DNA of 63,632 bases, the filler included. It is 8 parts of 8 records of this genome, joined end to end, with 100 filler letters (N's around TTAATTAATTAA, not from the genome) between each part and the next. Parts side by side here need not be neighbours in the genome. Positions count along the whole stretch, not along the records: positions 55,496 to 63,632 come from SRR20825006_1428; 7 more parts are not named here. One strand, written 5' to 3'. The notes beneath the pieces were generated by a model. That model was not told the DNA's origin. It did no database searches and was given only the letters and a program-made list of their open reading frames with translations. Positions 61,399 through 63,632 of the stretch are shown here, piece by piece (position 1 is the stretch's first letter; each line of letters begins with the position of its first letter). The position numbers were made by a program, and so were the translations under genes.

Positions 61399-62597
61399 CA
61401 TCTGAGGTCTTCACCGGAAATTTCACGCAACAAGAGCCAATCCCGGAGGCGGCGATTGAGGCCGCCGTGGCGGTGATGCGCTCGGGGCGGCTGCACCGGT
61501 ATAACACTTTGCCGGGGGAAAAAGGCGAGGTTGCGCTTTTGGAGGAGGAGTTTGCCGCCGTCACCGGGGCGAAATATTGCCTCGCCGTGGCCTCGGGCGG
61601 CTATGCGTTGGGCTGTGCTCTGCGCGCGCTTGAGGTGCAGCCGGGGGAGCCGGTTTTGACCAATGCCTTTACCTTGGCCCCCGTGCCGGGCGCGATTGCC
61701 TCTGTTGGGGCGCGCCCGGTGTTTGTTGGGGTGACCGAGGGGCTGGTGATTGATCTCGATGATCTTCAGGTGAAAATCTCCGAGAGCGGGGCCAAGGTTT
61801 TGATGCTGTCGCATATGCGTGGGCATATCGCGGATATGGATGCGCTGATGTATATCTGTAACGGCGCGGGTGTGGCGGTGATCGAAGATTGCGCGCATAC
61901 GATGGGTGCGGCTTGGGATGGTGTGCCCTCGGGGCGGCACGGGATCATCGGCTGCTATTCGACCCAGACCTATAAACACATCAATTCGGGGGAGGGCGGG
62001 TTGCTCGTCACCGATGAGGATGAAATCGCGGCGCGCGCCATCATGTTGTCCGGTTCGTACATGTTATACCCCAAACACACCGCCGGACCGGCCCCGGAAG
62101 TGTTCGAAAAGATCAAATATGACACGCCAAATGTGTCGGGTCGGATGGATCATTTGCGGGCGGCGATCCTGCGGGTGCAGTTGCAAAACCTGACCTCTCA
62201 GGTGGACAATTGGAACGCGCGTTACCGGATGGTTGAGGAGGGGCTGGCAGATGTGCCGGGGCTGACGCGCATTGTGCGTCCGCAACAAGAACGCTTTGTT
62301 GGCTCGTCGATTCAGTTCCTTTTACTCGATTGGCCGGACGAAAAAATCGAAGCGGTGGTGGCGGGCTGCGGCAAGCGCGGTGTGGATTTGAAATGGTTTG
62401 GCGCGGCGGAGCCGGTGGCCTTTACCTCGCGCTATGATTCTTGGCGCTACGCTGATCCTCAGCCTTTGCCCGACAGTGACCGGGTGTTGCGGGCGATTGT
62501 CGATATGCGCCTGCCCTTGACCTTTTCGCTTGAGGACTGTGCGACACTGGCGCGGATCATTCGCGATGAGGTGGCGGCGGTCGCAGAGTGCGCTTAG
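61395..62597 (+). CDS. DegT/DnrJ/EryC1/StrS PLP aminotransferase
   Basis: SHMRG, IEDCAH, STQTYKHINSGEGG. Confidence 0.88.
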   Translation: MTSEVFTGNFTQQEPIPEAAIEAAVAVMRSGRLHRYNTLPGEKGEVALLEEEFAAVTGAKYCLAVASGGYALGCALRALEVQPGEPVLTNAFTLAPVPGAIASVGARPVFVGVTEGLVIDLDDLQVKISESGAKVLMLSHMRGHIADMDALMYICNGAGVAVIEDCAHTMGAAWDGVPSGRHGIIGCYSTQTYKHINSGEGGLLVTDEDEIAARAIMLSGSYMLYPKHTAGPAPEVFEKIKYDTPNVSGRMDHLRAAILRVQLQNLTSQVDNWNARYRMVEEGLADVPGLTRIVRPQQERFVGSSIQFLLLDWPDEKIEAVVAGCGKRGVDLKWFGAAEPVAFTSRYDSWRYADPQPLPDSDRVLRAIVDMRLPLTFSLEDCATLARIIRDEVAAVAECA

Positions 62598-62904
62598 GCG
62601 GTCACATCATATATCGGCGGGGTACCCTATATCTTCTGGAGGGGACGTGTCCCTATATCCGAGTGAAACGATAGGGTAAAGCGCTTCGAATCGCGTCAAA
62701 GCTGAATTTCACGGCACAATCCGCTCCAAGTCGCATTTCGATCAAAAAAACTTGTCAGCGGCCTCGAAACAAAGGGCTTTCTCCACCTCGGTTCGGTTGA
62801 CCCCTCTGCCACAGAGGGCTAAACCACGACAAGCTAGCATTGCCGCGCGCCTAAGGTCGCTTCTCTTTCAGAGACCCGCACGCGCGCCTATCAAGGAGCC
62901 GCAC

Positions 62905-63270
62905 GTGGACGTTTTGCTTCGGGACTACCTCCCCATCGTCATCTTCCTTGGCCTCGCCATTGCGCTGGGTCTTGTGTTTATTTTCGCCGCCCTCATCATT
63001 GCCGTACGCAACCCGGATCCGGAAAAAGTGTCGGCCTATGAATGTGGCTTTAACGCCTTTGACGACGCGCGGATGAAGTTCGACGTCAGGTTCTACCTTG
63101 TGTCGATCCTGTTCATCATTTTTGACCTCGAAATCGCCTTTCTCTTTCCTTGGGCCGTCGCCTTTAAGGACCTGAGCATGACCGGATTTTGGTCGATGAT
63201 GGTGTTCTTGGGCGTTCTGACCGTAGGTTTTGCCTACGAATGGAAGAAAGGGGCGCTGGAATGGGCGTGA
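62905..63270 (+). CDS. nuoA: NADH-quinone oxidoreductase subunit A
   Basis: [37 protein letters not shown] with AAGGAG RBS. Confidence 0.97.
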   Translation: MDVLLRDYLPIVIFLGLAIALGLVFIFAALIIAVRNPDPEKVSAYECGFNAFDDARMKFDVRFYLVSILFIIFDLEIAFLFPWAVAFKDLSMTGFWSMMVFLGVLTVGFAYEWKKGALEWA

Positions 63271-63632
63271 TGACCTCTGCAAATACTGCGGGCGTGGACA
63301 AAGAGAATTCCACTCAAGTGCTGAACAAAGAGCTTCAGGACAAAGGCTTTCTGTTGACCTCGACCGAGGATCTCATCAACTGGGCGCGCACCGGCTCGTT
63401 GCACTGGATGACCTTTGGTTTGGCCTGCTGCGCCGTCGAGATGATGCACACCTCGATGCCGCGCTATGATCTTGAGCGCTACGGCACAGCGCCGCGCGCC
63501 TCTCCGCGTCAGTCCGATTTGATGATCGTTGCGGGCACCCTGACCAATAAAATGGCCCCGGCTCTGCGCAAGGTATATGACCAGATGCCAGAACCGCGCT
63601 ATGTGATCTCGATGGGGTCCTGCGCCAATGGC
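63261..63632 (+). CDS. nuoB: NADH-quinone oxidoreductase subunit B (3' truncated)
   Basis: My translation: [21 protein letters not shown]...[13 protein letters not shown]...SMGSCANG. Confidence 0.96.
   Translation, partial: MGVMTSANTAGVDKENSTQVLNKELQDKGFLLTSTEDLINWARTGSLHWMTFGLACCAVEMMHTSMPRYDLERYGTAPRASPRQSDLMIVAGTLTNKMAPALRKVYDQMPEPRYVISMGSCANG

Noticed and set aside
62624-62639. NrdR box upstream of nuoA
   Set aside because: Mismatch at the conserved G, atypical spacing and no ribonucleotide reductase context

Overview
This window is not one locus. It joins 8 unrelated contigs with 100-bp spacers (N44-TTAATTAATTAA-N44), so synteny only holds within a segment. Taxonomic labels are my inference from gene content and sequence style. 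(1) 1-6013, Devosia/Hyphomicrobiales-like: omega-aminotransferase and rutR with an operator, a diguanylate cyclase, a VOC protein, an STT3/AglB-like membrane protein, msrA and a partial tRNA-Ser. (2) 6114-12612, Rhodospirillales-like: mreBCD-mrdA-rodA, an orphan behind CtrA-like boxes and a partial tRNA-Lys. (3) 12713-22530, Roseobacter-like: GMC oxidoreductase, rpsU, COQ9, two quinone oxidoreductases, RNase T2, trcR, ornithine decarboxylase with a structured leader, recR, ybaB and dnaX. (4) 22631-33331, Devosia-like: PQQ dehydrogenase, CtaG, HemJ-like, DUF2231, coxII and a coxI/III fusion, then a peptide ABC importer, FadR-type regulator and M42 peptidase. (5) 33432-38910: mnmE-mnmG-rsmG-parA-parB with two parS sites. 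(6) 39011-46817, Alcanivorax-like gammaproteobacterium: SpoVR, EamA, cca, folate genes and plsY. (7) 46918-55395, Myxococcota/Bradymonadia-like envelope genes, a NUDIX hydrolase and a LuxC-like reductase. (8) 55496-63632, Roseobacter-like: moaA, glmS, glmU, nuoAB. I found no CRISPR array, transposase or prophage. The strongest candidates for new biology are a complete leader-peptide attenuator in front of the EamA exporter, a heme-copper oxidase lacking the K-channel Lys with a rebuilt D-channel in an operon interrupted by an antisense gene, an oligosaccharyltransferase-like protein with a degenerate WWDYG motif, and a structured leader with an Arg-rich uORF before ornithine decarboxylase.
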